Source: Staphylococcus phage VB_SavM_JYL01. Taken from it: a DNA stretch of 64,000 bases. Made by a program: the position numbers and the translations under genes. A model generated the notes under the pieces. It was not told where the DNA came from, made no database searches, and saw nothing but the letters and a program-made list of their open reading frames with translations. Below are positions 39,117-48,255 of this stretch, piece by piece; the first letter of the stretch is position 1, and each line of letters opens with the position of its first letter. The stretch lies in the sequence record MH159197.1, one strand, 5' to 3'.

Positions 39117-41231
39117 ATGGCAACATATGGAAAATGGATTGAGTTAAATAATGAAATAACTCAATTAGATGACAATGGAAAAAATAAACTCTATAAAGAC
39201 CAAGAAGCTTTAGATGAGTATTTAAAATATATTGAAGATAATACAAGAAAGTTTAATAATGAAGTAGAAAGAATTAGAGTATTGACAAAAGAAGGAACAT
39301 ATGATAAAATATTTGATAAAGTTCCTGATACTATTATTGATGAAATGACTAAGCTAGCTTACAGTTTTAATTTTAAATTTCCTAGTTTTATGGCAGGGCA
39401 AAAGTTTTATGAGTCTTACGCATCAAAACAGTATGACGAGAATAAAAAACCTATTTTTGTTGAAGACTATGAGCAACATAACGTTCGAGTAGCTTTATAT
39501 TTATTTCAAAATGATTATGTAAAGGCTAGAGAGTTATTAGTACAACTTATGGAGCAAACATTTCAACCATCTACACCTACGTATAATAACTCAGGGCAAG
39601 CTAATAGAGGTGAACTAAGTTCATGTTATCTATTTGTAGTAGATGATTCAATTGAGTCCTTAAATTTTGTTGAGGATAGTGTAGCTAATGCTAGTTCTAA
39701 TGGTGGCGGAGTTGCAATTGATTTAACTAGAATTAGACCGAAAGGTGCTCCAGTACGTAATAGACCTAATTCAAGTAAAGGTGTTATTGCTTTTGCTAAA
39801 GCTATTGAACATAAAGTAAGTATATATGACCAAGGTGGGGTTCGACAAGGTAGTGGTGCAGTCTACCTTAATATATTCCATAATGATATTTTGGATTTAT
39901 TAAGTTCTAAGAAAATAAATGCTAGTGAATCTGTTAGACTTGATAAACTATCTATAGGTGTTACAATACCTAATAAGTTTATGGAATTAGTTAAAGAAGG
40001 TAAACCTTTCTACACGTTTGACACTTACGATATTAACAAAGTATATGGTAAATATTTAGATGAATTAAACATTGATGAGTGGTACGAAGAATTATTAAAT
40101 AATGATAAAATTGGTAAAGTAAAACATGATGCTAGAGAAGTCATGACAGATATTGCTAAAACACAATTAGAATCAGGTTACCCTTATGTATTTTATATTG
40201 ATAATGCTAATGACAATCACCCTCTTAAAAATCTAGGTAAAGTTAAAATGAGTAACTTATGTACAGAAATTTCACAATTACAAGAGGTATCAGAAATTTA
40301 TCCATATTCCTATAGTAATCAGAATGTTATTAATAGAGATGTTGTTTGTACATTAGGTTCACTTAACTTAGTTAATGTGGTTGAAAAAGGTTTATTAAAT
40401 GAGTCCGTAGATATTGGTACAAGAGCACTAACAAAAGTTACTGATATTATGGATTTACCATATCTACCTAGTGTTCAAAAAGCAAATGATGACATTAGAG
40501 CTATCGGTTTAGGTTCAATGAATTTACATGGACTTTTAGCTAAGAATATGATTAGTTATGGTTCTAGGGAAGCTCTAGACCTAGTAAACAGTTTATATAG
40601 TGCTATTAACTTCCAGTCTATTAAGACATCTATGTTAATGGCTAAAGAAACAGGAAAACCATTTAAAGGGTTTGAAAAGTCTGATTATGCTACAGGTGAA
40701 TACTTTGTAAGATATATTAGAGAGTCTAACCAACCTAAAACAGATAAAGCTAAGAAAGTCCTAAGCAAGGTCTATATTCCAACACAAGATGATTGGGATG
40801 AATTAGCTAAAGCAGTTAAAGTATATGGACTGTATAATGGGTATAGAAAAGCAGAAGCACCTACTCAATCTATATCATATGTACAGAATGCTACAAGCTC
40901 AATTATGCCTGTACCTAGTGCTATAGAGAACAGACAATATGGAGACATGGAAACATACTATCCAATGCCTTATTTAAGTCCTATAACTCAGTTTTTCTAT
41001 GAAGGAGAAACAGCTTATAAGATTGATAATAAACGTATTATTAATACAAGTGCAGTAGTGCAAAAACATACAGACCAAGCAGTATCTACTATACTTTATG
41101 TAGAATCAGAAATACCGACTAATAAGTTAGTATCATTATATTACTATGCTTGGGAACAAGGATTAAAATCATTATATTATACACGTTCACGTAAACTTTC
41201 TGTTATTGAATGTGAAACATGTTCGGTTTAG
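39117..41231 (+). CDS. nrdE: class Ib ribonucleotide reductase alpha subunit
   Basis: NLCTEI active-site motif, PTQSISY, C-terminal CETC redox pair. Uninterrupted 704 aa, no intron. Confidence 0.9.
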   Translation: MATYGKWIELNNEITQLDDNGKNKLYKDQEALDEYLKYIEDNTRKFNNEVERIRVLTKEGTYDKIFDKVPDTIIDEMTKLAYSFNFKFPSFMAGQKFYESYASKQYDENKKPIFVEDYEQHNVRVALYLFQNDYVKARELLVQLMEQTFQPSTPTYNNSGQANRGELSSCYLFVVDDSIESLNFVEDSVANASSNGGGVAIDLTRIRPKGAPVRNRPNSSKGVIAFAKAIEHKVSIYDQGGVRQGSGAVYLNIFHNDILDLLSSKKINASESVRLDKLSIGVTIPNKFMELVKEGKPFYTFDTYDINKVYGKYLDELNIDEWYEELLNNDKIGKVKHDAREVMTDIAKTQLESGYPYVFYIDNANDNHPLKNLGKVKMSNLCTEISQLQEVSEIYPYSYSNQNVINRDVVCTLGSLNLVNVVEKGLLNESVDIGTRALTKVTDIMDLPYLPSVQKANDDIRAIGLGSMNLHGLLAKNMISYGSREALDLVNSLYSAINFQSIKTSMLMAKETGKPFKGFEKSDYATGEYFVRYIRESNQPKTDKAKKVLSKVYIPTQDDWDELAKAVKVYGLYNGYRKAEAPTQSISYVQNATSSIMPVPSAIENRQYGDMETYYPMPYLSPITQFFYEGETAYKIDNKRIINTSAVVQKHTDQAVSTILYVESEIPTNKLVSLYYYAWEQGLKSLYYTRSRKLSVIECETCSV

Positions 41232-41244
41232 AAAGGAAATAGAT

Positions 41245-42294
41245 ATGGATATTACACAAAAAGTAAAACAACATAATAAAAATGCAGTATTAAAGGCAAC
41301 AAATTGGAATATTGAAGATGACGGGATGTCTGATATTTATTGGGAGCAAGGAATCTCCCAATTTTGGACTCCTGAAGAGTTTGATGTATCAAGAGATTTA
41401 AGTTCTTGGAACAGTTTAACTGAGAGTGAAAAGAACACTTATAAGAAAGTCCTTGCAGGGCTCACAGGGCTCGATACGAAGCAAGGAGGGGAAGGTATGA
41501 ACTTAGTATCTTATCATGAACCAAGACCCAAATACCAAGCTGTATTTGCGTTTATGGGTGGTATGGAAGAGATACATGCTAAATCTTATAGTCATATCTT
41601 TACAACACTATTAAGTAATAAAGAAACAAGTTATTTACTAGATACTTGGGTTGAAGAAAATGACTTTTTAAAAGTAAAAGCTCAGTTTATTGGATATTAT
41701 TATGACCAATTATTAAAACCTAATCCTACTGTATTTGATAGATATATGGCTAAAGTAGCTAGTGCCTTTTTAGAAAGTGCATTATTTTACTCAGGATTTT
41801 ATTACCCTTTACTTCTTGCAGGAAGAGGGCAGATGACACAATCAGGAGCTATTATTTATAAAATTACCCAAGATGAAGCTTATCACGGTTCAGCAGTAGG
41901 ATTAACAGCTCAATATGATTACAATCTTTTAACAGAAGAAGAAAAAAAATTAGCAGATAGAGAAACTTATGAATTATTAAATATTCTTTATACTAATGAA
42001 GTAGCGTATACACATAGTCTATATGACCCGCTAGAGTTAAGTGAAGATGTAATTAACTACGTTCAGTATAACTTTAATAGAGCTCTTCAAAACCTTGGAA
42101 GAGAAGACTATTTTAACCCTGAACCTTATAACCCTATTGTAGAAAATCAAACTAATGTAGACAGATTAAGAAATGTTGATTTCTTTAGCGGTAAAGCAGA
42201 CTACGAAAAATCTACAAACATTAAAGATATTAAAGATGAAGATTTCTCATTCTTAGATAGTAAAGAGTATAGTACTGCTAAGGAATTCCTATAA
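41245..42294 (+). CDS. nrdF: ribonucleotide reductase beta subunit
   Basis: The track start 41206 overlaps nrdE by 26 nt. ATG 41245, 6 nt after an AAAGGAAA RBS, gives 349 aa. Diiron-ligand region EEIHAKSYS. Confidence 0.85.
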   Translation: MDITQKVKQHNKNAVLKATNWNIEDDGMSDIYWEQGISQFWTPEEFDVSRDLSSWNSLTESEKNTYKKVLAGLTGLDTKQGGEGMNLVSYHEPRPKYQAVFAFMGGMEEIHAKSYSHIFTTLLSNKETSYLLDTWVEENDFLKVKAQFIGYYYDQLLKPNPTVFDRYMAKVASAFLESALFYSGFYYPLLLAGRGQMTQSGAIIYKITQDEAYHGSAVGLTAQYDYNLLTEEEKKLADRETYELLNILYTNEVAYTHSLYDPLELSEDVINYVQYNFNRALQNLGREDYFNPEPYNPIVENQTNVDRLRNVDFFSGKADYEKSTNIKDIKDEDFSFLDSKEYSTAKEFL

Positions 42295-42311
42295 AAAGGA
42301 GAAAAGATATT

Positions 42312-42641
42312 ATGGATAGAAAAGAAGCAATGGATTTATTAAGTAAAACAGAAATATTATTTAAAAAACATGATGAGTTTTCATGTGTGAGTGATATCAA
42401 TGACCCTATGAAGTTATTTAGTAACTCTAAAGATGCCAAAGCTGATGATACGTCTAAGTCTTTTCAGTTAGAGTTTATGCATGATATGACTATGTATACT
42501 TTATCTTATGGCTCAGGACAGTTAAAACTCATTGATTTATCAGAAGGTTATGAAGCACAAAAAGCTACAGCAGTTAACTCATTTCCCGAAATTATTAAAA
42601 CATTAGAAAAGGATGACTCAGAAGATGGAAAAAATGAATAA
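42312..42641 (+). CDS. hypothetical protein (109 aa)
   Basis: AAAAGGAGAA RBS. Confidence 0.5.
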   Translation: MDRKEAMDLLSKTEILFKKHDEFSCVSDINDPMKLFSNSKDAKADDTSKSFQLEFMHDMTMYTLSYGSGQLKLIDLSEGYEAQKATAVNSFPEIIKTLEKDDSEDGKNE

Positions 42642-42945
42642 TTTAGTAGATTTAAATACAGCAATTAGACAAAAGAAAGATGTTATTGTCATGATTACAC
42701 AAGATAATTGTGGTAAGTGTGAAATCTTAAAAAGTGTAATCCCTATGTTCCAGGATTCAGGGGATATTAAGAAACCTATTTTAACACTTAATTTAGATGC
42801 AGAAGATGTAGATAGAGAAAAGGCTGTTAAGTTATTTGATATCATGAGTACACCAGTATTAATTGGGTATAAAGATGGTCAGTTAGTTAAAAAATATGAA
42901 GACCAAGTTACACCAATGCAATTACAAGAATTAGAGTCACTTTAA
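42625..42945 (+). CDS. thioredoxin/glutaredoxin-like protein (CGKC)
   Basis: Redox motif DNCGKCE in a thioredoxin-fold-sized protein. The start is ambiguous: 42613, 42625 or 42634. 42625 is chosen for its AAGGATGA RBS with 7 nt spacing. Confidence 0.65.
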   Translation: MEKMNNLVDLNTAIRQKKDVIVMITQDNCGKCEILKSVIPMFQDSGDIKKPILTLNLDAEDVDREKAVKLFDIMSTPVLIGYKDGQLVKKYEDQVTPMQLQELESL

Positions 42946-42946
42946 T

Positions 42947-42975
42947 TTGGAATTTCCTACTATCTGTGCTATACT
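42947..42975 (+). promoter_or_regulatory. weak promoter-like element (TTGGAA-17-TGcTATACT)
   Basis: The extended -10 is good; the -35 is poor. It lies inside the 5' part of the hairpin region. Confidence 0.3.
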
Positions 42976-43004
42976 ATAATAGTACAAGGTAGTAGGATTT
43001 TTTT
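42956..43004 (+). terminator. putative terminator with a long structured loop
   Basis: CCTACTA (42956-62) / TAGTAGG (42990-96) encloses a 13-bp palindrome TACTATAATAGTA, followed by ATTTTTTTA. Confidence 0.45.
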
Positions 43005-43152
43005 AATGAAAGGAAGATGACATATCGCAAAGAATAAAACATTAACGATATATAATAGTGATAGATATTTTAATATACACACAAAAGATAAAGATAAAAT
43101 TAATGAGGCTATTAAAGTCACACACGGTAATGAAGAAGAAATTGAAAAGAAT

Positions 43153-43749
43153 ATGGATGAACTAATATCTAAATCTAGACGATATATTATGAGAGATGAA
43201 AATCATTATATGTTATTTAATGAGAAATACAATAATGATAGGCTCATAGAGAAAGTATGTAAACATGGTGGTAAAGTTACATACTATACTGATTCAGTAT
43301 TACCTTATTATGTTTTAAAAGACTTATCTAGTCACCCTGATTCAGAAGTTGTTTATCGTATGCGTAACGGCTTTACTGCAAAAGAAGTAGATAATATAGC
43401 TTTATCATTTATGGGAACAAAAGTTATTATTGATATTTCTGTGGTATTTCCTTATGTAAATCCTTATGATATTATTAGAAGTTTACATGATATTAAAACA
43501 AATGTAGATGAAGTTCATTTATCATTTCCTCGTATATTAGAAGTAGATGAAAAACAAGAAAAATTTTATTTCTTTGATGGTGAAGCTTATGATTTAAAAC
43601 CTGAATATAAAGTTGATTTTGCAGATAAAATTAGAGTGTCCCTATCAGTATGGAAAATGTATATCTATATCTTAACAAGTAGTCGTGATTTTGAAGATGT
43701 AGACAATGTAATTACGAAACTAAAACAACAACGAAAGATTAAGATATAA
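43153..43749 (+). CDS. hypothetical protein (198 aa)
   Basis: Weak RBS; preceded by a 207-nt non-coding stretch. Confidence 0.5.
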   Translation: MDELISKSRRYIMRDENHYMLFNEKYNNDRLIEKVCKHGGKVTYYTDSVLPYYVLKDLSSHPDSEVVYRMRNGFTAKEVDNIALSFMGTKVIIDISVVFPYVNPYDIIRSLHDIKTNVDEVHLSFPRILEVDEKQEKFYFFDGEAYDLKPEYKVDFADKIRVSLSVWKMYIYILTSSRDFEDVDNVITKLKQQRKIKI

Positions 43750-43758
43750 GGTGATTAT

Positions 43759-44064
43759 ATGAGTACAGCAAATAGAAGAGATATAGCAAGGAAGATATCA
43801 GAGAACACAGGTTATTATATACAAGATGTAGAAGAGATACTAAGTGCAGAGACAGATGCTATTTCTGACTTACTAGAAGAAGGGTATACTAAAGTAAAGA
43901 ATCATAAATTTATGCAAATAGAAGTTATTGAAAGAAAAGGTAAAAAAGCTTGGGATGGGCTGAATAAAGAATATTTCCATTTACCTAATAGAAAAGCTAT
44001 AAAATTTAAACCACTTAAAGAATTAGAAGAGGTTATTGATAGACTTAATGAAGAAGAGAAATAA
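43759..44064 (+). CDS. HU/IHF-like DNA-binding protein
   Basis: 101 aa with the HU family pattern (..IARKISENTGYYIQDVEEILSA..GYTKVKNHKFMQIEVIERKGKKAWDG..). Confidence 0.75.
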   Translation: MSTANRRDIARKISENTGYYIQDVEEILSAETDAISDLLEEGYTKVKNHKFMQIEVIERKGKKAWDGLNKEYFHLPNRKAIKFKPLKELEEVIDRLNEEEK

Positions 44065-44080
44065 TTCTCTTCTTTTTTTA
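44053..44080 (+). terminator. intrinsic terminator overlapping the HU gene stop
   Basis: GAAGAGAA / TTCTCTTC 8-bp stem, ATAA loop, T8 run. Confidence 0.65.
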
Positions 44081-44109
44081 TTGACAAGATTTAAAATATA
44101 TGGTATAGT
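44081..44109 (+). promoter_or_regulatory. consensus sigmaA promoter (TTGACA-17-TGgTATAGT)
   Basis: It directly abuts the terminator T-run. Serves the DNA polymerase gene. Confidence 0.6.
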
Positions 44110-44139
44110 ATTATTAAGTTAAAAAAGGAGAGGAATTAA

Positions 44140-47100
44140 ATGAAAGTATTAATCTTATTTGACCACATTAGAGAAGAACATTTTTCTGTAAGTAAAGATG
44201 GGAGTGTGAAATCTAATGTATTAAATACACCTAATGGAAAAACACTTAAGAAATTACTTGAGAAGTGTTCTAACTTAAAGAGAGATAAAACAAACAGAGA
44301 CTATGATATTGATTTTCTCTATAACGCAGTACCTACACCTATTAGAAATGATTATGGTAAAATTATTAAATACCAAGATGTTAAACAAGCAGAAGTAAAA
44401 CCATATTATGAAAGAATGAATAACATTATTATTGATAACTCCTATGATATGATAATTCCTGTTGGTAAACTAGGTGTTAAATACTTATTAAATGTTACAG
44501 CTATAGGTAAAGTAAGAGGAGTACCAAGTAAAGTAACAATTGAAAATGAAATATCTTCTCATGATGTATGGGTACTACCTACGTATAGTATTGAATATAC
44601 GAATGTAAATAAAAATAGTGAACGTCATGTTGTATCAGATTTACAAACAGTAGGAAAATTTGTAGAACAAGGTGAAGAAGCATTTAAACCTAAAGAAGTA
44701 TCTTACGAATTAGTAGATAACATTGAAAGAGTAAGGGAAATATTTAATAAGGAAGTAAAGAATGATAATTATGATGGTGTAGATATCACCGCATGGGACT
44801 TAGAGACTAACTCATTAAAGCCTGATAAGGAAGGAAGTAAACCTTTAGTATTATCACTATCATGGAGAAATGGTCAAGGTGTGACTATACCTTTATACAA
44901 ATCGGACTTTAATTGGGAAAATGGTCAAGAAGATATTGATGAAGTACTAGAATTACTTAAGAATTGGTTAGCTAGTAAAGAAGATATTAAGGTGGCACAT
45001 AATGGTAAATATGATATTAAATTTTTAATGAGTACTGAGAACTTTAAAGATTTTGAGAACATTCAAGATACTAAAGTAGGTTGGTATTTAGCTGTCACAC
45101 AAGAAGTTAAAGAATCTTTGAGATTATCTGACTTAGCTTACGAGGTAACAGATGTCGGAGGTTATGATAAACCACTAGAAGATTTTAAATTATGGTTTGT
45201 TACTAAGTTATTAAGATTTTTCTCTGATAAAATTAAAGAAATACAGAAAGAAAATAAAAAAATTGCTAAGAAAGAGTATGATGTTAAAGCTCCTGAATAC
45301 AAAGAGTGGTTAGAGACTAAATTAAATGAAACAATAGTAGAATTAGATGATACTGAGAAGAAATTTAGAGTTAGTGAATTAGAGAAAAAATACATTCAGT
45401 TAGGTCTTTCACCTGAAATTGTAAACATGAATTTAGTTATGAACAACGATGAATTTATTAGTATTGCAGAGCAATCACCTGAATATATGGGATTATCTGA
45501 TTACGCTAAATCTTACACACTGAATACTGCAATTGATTTAATTAACAAGTATAGAGATGTAAAAGATGTAATTAATGATATTGATGGAGGTAACTTTAAC
45601 TATGATTGGTTCCCTATTGAGTTAATGCACCCGTACGCATCAGGAGACACTGATGTATGTAGAAGAATTCATTGTGATGTTGTTAAGAAACTTAAAGAGC
45701 AAGATAGACCTAAGTCAATGCATTTATTAGAAGTTAATTACCCAAGACTTACTAAATCATTAGCTAGAATTGAATCAAATGGTTTATACTGTGATTTAGA
45801 TTACATGAAAGAAAATGATGAGTCATACGAATCTGAGATGGCTAAGAACCACGCTACTATGAGAGAACATTGGGCTGTTAAAGAATTTGAAGAGTATCAA
45901 TATAACCTTTACCAAATGGCGTTAGAAGAGCATGAGAAAAAGCCAAAAGATAGAGACAAAGAGATTCATCAGTATAGAGATAAGTTTAAAGATGGTAAAT
46001 GGATGTTTTCTCCTAGCTCAGGAGACCATAAAGGTAGAGTAATTTATGATATTTTAGGAATTCAGTTACCTTATGATAAAGAGTATGTTAAAGAAAAACC
46101 ATTTAACGCTAATGTTAAAGAAGCAGACCTTACTTGGCAGGATTATAAAACAGATAAGAAAGCTATTGGTTATGCATTAGATAACTTAGAATTAAAAGAT
46201 GATGTTAAAGAACTTCTTGAATTACTTAAATATCATGCTAGTATGCAGACAAAACGTAACTCATTTACTAAGAAATTACCTAATATGATTAATAAACAAA
46301 AACGAACATTACATGGTTCTTTTTCTGAGACAGGTACAGAGACATCAAGATTAAGTAGTAGTAATCCTAACTTACAAAACTTACCTGCTCATACATCAGA
46401 TGTAAACAAGTTTGATTATAAACATCCAATTAAACGTTCATTTGTTTCTAGATTTGAAAATGGAGTACTACTAGGAGCCGACTATAGTGCCCTAGAGATG
46501 CGTATTATTGGATTATTTACTAAAGACCCTGATATGCTACAATCATTCTTAAATGGTGAGGATATTCATAAGGCTACGGCAAGTATTGTTTATAATAAAC
46601 CAGTAGAAGAAGTAACTAAAGAAGAGAGACAAGCAACTAAAGCAGTTAACTTTGGGCTAGCCTTTGGAGAATCACCATTCTCATTTGCAGGTAAAAATAA
46701 TATGGAAGTAAGTGAAGCAGAAGAAATATTTGAAAAGTACTTCCAAACAAAACCTAGTGTAAAAACTTCTATTGACAATGTACATGAATTTGTGCAACAA
46801 TATGGTTATGTTGATACAATGCACGGTCATAGAAGATTTATACGTTCAGCACAATCAACAGATAAAAAGATAAAAAATGAAGGTCTAAGACAATCATTTA
46901 ATACTATTATCCAGGGTTCAGGTAGTTTCCTAACAAATATGTCTTTAACTTACTTAGATGATTTTATTCAGTCTCGTAACTTGAAATCAAAAGTTATTGC
47001 TACAGTACACGATAGTATCTTAATTGATTGCCCTCCTGAAGAGGCTAAGATTATGGCTAAAGTGACAATTCATATTATGGAGAATTTACCGTTTGATTTC

Positions 47101-47358
47101 TTAAAAGCAGAAATTGACGGGAAAGAAGTACAATACCCAATAGAAGCTGATATGGAAATTGGTTTAAATTATAATGATATGGTTGAATACGATGAAGAAG
47201 AAATTGATACATTTAATTCTTACCAAGGTTATATTAAGTACATGATGAATTTACAGACTTTAGAAGATTATAAAGAGTCAGGTAAATTAACTGATGAACA
47301 ATTTGAAAAAGCTACTAATGTTGTTAAAAGTGAAAAACATATCTATCAAGAAATTTAA
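44140..47358 (+). CDS. family A DNA polymerase with 3'-5' exonuclease domain
   Basis: Exo I DLETNSL, Exo II HNGKYD. Pol motif A DYSALEMRI, motif B RQATKAVNFGLAFG, motif C VHDSILID. Continuous 1072 aa, no intron or intein. Confidence 0.9.
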   Translation: MKVLILFDHIREEHFSVSKDGSVKSNVLNTPNGKTLKKLLEKCSNLKRDKTNRDYDIDFLYNAVPTPIRNDYGKIIKYQDVKQAEVKPYYERMNNIIIDNSYDMIIPVGKLGVKYLLNVTAIGKVRGVPSKVTIENEISSHDVWVLPTYSIEYTNVNKNSERHVVSDLQTVGKFVEQGEEAFKPKEVSYELVDNIERVREIFNKEVKNDNYDGVDITAWDLETNSLKPDKEGSKPLVLSLSWRNGQGVTIPLYKSDFNWENGQEDIDEVLELLKNWLASKEDIKVAHNGKYDIKFLMSTENFKDFENIQDTKVGWYLAVTQEVKESLRLSDLAYEVTDVGGYDKPLEDFKLWFVTKLLRFFSDKIKEIQKENKKIAKKEYDVKAPEYKEWLETKLNETIVELDDTEKKFRVSELEKKYIQLGLSPEIVNMNLVMNNDEFISIAEQSPEYMGLSDYAKSYTLNTAIDLINKYRDVKDVINDIDGGNFNYDWFPIELMHPYASGDTDVCRRIHCDVVKKLKEQDRPKSMHLLEVNYPRLTKSLARIESNGLYCDLDYMKENDESYESEMAKNHATMREHWAVKEFEEYQYNLYQMALEEHEKKPKDRDKEIHQYRDKFKDGKWMFSPSSGDHKGRVIYDILGIQLPYDKEYVKEKPFNANVKEADLTWQDYKTDKKAIGYALDNLELKDDVKELLELLKYHASMQTKRNSFTKKLPNMINKQKRTLHGSFSETGTETSRLSSSNPNLQNLPAHTSDVNKFDYKHPIKRSFVSRFENGVLLGADYSALEMRIIGLFTKDPDMLQSFLNGEDIHKATASIVYNKPVEEVTKEERQATKAVNFGLAFGESPFSFAGKNNMEVSEAEEIFEKYFQTKPSVKTSIDNVHEFVQQYGYVDTMHGHRRFIRSAQSTDKKIKNEGLRQSFNTIIQGSGSFLTNMSLTYLDDFIQSRNLKSKVIATVHDSILIDCPPEEAKIMAKVTIHIMENLPFDFLKAEIDGKEVQYPIEADMEIGLNYNDMVEYDEEEIDTFNSYQGYIKYMMNLQTLEDYKESGKLTDEQFEKATNVVKSEKHIYQEI

Positions 47359-47366
47359 TAAAAGTA

Positions 47367-47395
47367 TTGACAATATGTTTCACTTATGTTATACT
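47367..47395 (+). promoter_or_regulatory. consensus sigmaA promoter (TTGACA-17-TGtTATACT)
   Basis: Directly after the polymerase stop. Confidence 0.6.
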
Positions 47396-47427
47396 ATATA
47401 GGTAATAAGTATAAGGAGGAAAAAAGA

Positions 47428-47670
47428 GTGAATACAGGAGAGATTAGATTTAATCGTTCTATGGATGAATGGATTATAACAAGTATGTACCAGGATGAAT
47501 TAGGTGAAATGAATATTGTTGTTACATTCTATAATAGAGAAGAAAATAAACATGGCTCTACCGTTTTACCAACAGAGTCATCTACTGGAGAAGTAACAGA
47601 AGAATTAGCAAGTCTTGAAGAAGAATATCCTTTAGCTTTACCGTTAAGTAGTATTTCAGTTAATATTTAA
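47428..47670 (+). CDS. hypothetical protein (80 aa), GTG start
   Basis: The track start 47386 lies inside the promoter. GTG 47428 is preceded by AAGGAGGA. Confidence 0.45.
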   Translation: MNTGEIRFNRSMDEWIITSMYQDELGEMNIVVTFYNREENKHGSTVLPTESSTGEVTEELASLEEEYPLALPLSSISVNI

Positions 47671-47686
47671 AAGGAGGAACTGATAA

Positions 47687-48169
47687 ATGGAGATACACAT
47701 TGATTCCCTAGATTTTACAAATTTTACTATTAAAGATAGAAATGGGAACTCACAAGAGTTTGATATTACAGATGAATTAAAGATTACAGAATATACAATA
47801 CAAGAAGATTTTATGCAACAATCAGCTAAGTACGCTTTTTGGGCTTCTATATTAGAGAAGGTCAGAGCATATTCTGAAATGGAGCAAAGAAATTTAGAAA
47901 CAATTGGTAGTAAGCTTAATCTCACAATTAGACAAGAGTATGAACAACAAGGTAAAAAGCCTACTAAAGATATGATTGAGTCTAGTGTGTATATTCATGA
48001 TTCCTATCAACAACAACTTAAAGTTGTTGAGGCTTGGAATTATAAAGTTAAACAACTTCAATATGTTGTAAAAGCTTTTGAAACAAGAAGAGATATGATG
48101 ATTCAATTAGGTGCAGAGTTACGACAAACAAATAAAAATGGTGGAATTACTAACCCATTTTCACATTAA
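47687..48169 (+). CDS. hypothetical coiled-coil protein (160 aa)
   Basis: AAAGGAGGA RBS. Confidence 0.5.
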   Translation: MEIHIDSLDFTNFTIKDRNGNSQEFDITDELKITEYTIQEDFMQQSAKYAFWASILEKVRAYSEMEQRNLETIGSKLNLTIRQEYEQQGKKPTKDMIESSVYIHDSYQQQLKVVEAWNYKVKQLQYVVKAFETRRDMMIQLGAELRQTNKNGGITNPFSH

Positions 48170-48190
48170 AAAAGAAAGTAAAGAATATAA

Positions 48191-48219
48191 TTGACAAATA
48201 TAAAAAACTATGTTATAAT
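48191..48219 (+). promoter_or_regulatory. consensus sigmaA promoter (TTGACA-17-TGtTATAAT)
   Basis: Perfect -35 and -10 hexamers with an extended -10. Confidence 0.6.
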
Positions 48220-48255
48220 AAATAAGTAAATTAATTAAAAGGAGAAAAGATAATT

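Noticed and set aside
43102-43164. 20-codon ORF MRLLKSHTVMKKKLKRIWMN overlapping the start of the 198-aa gene.
   Set aside because: No RBS, out of frame with and overlapping a better-supported gene. Likely chance.
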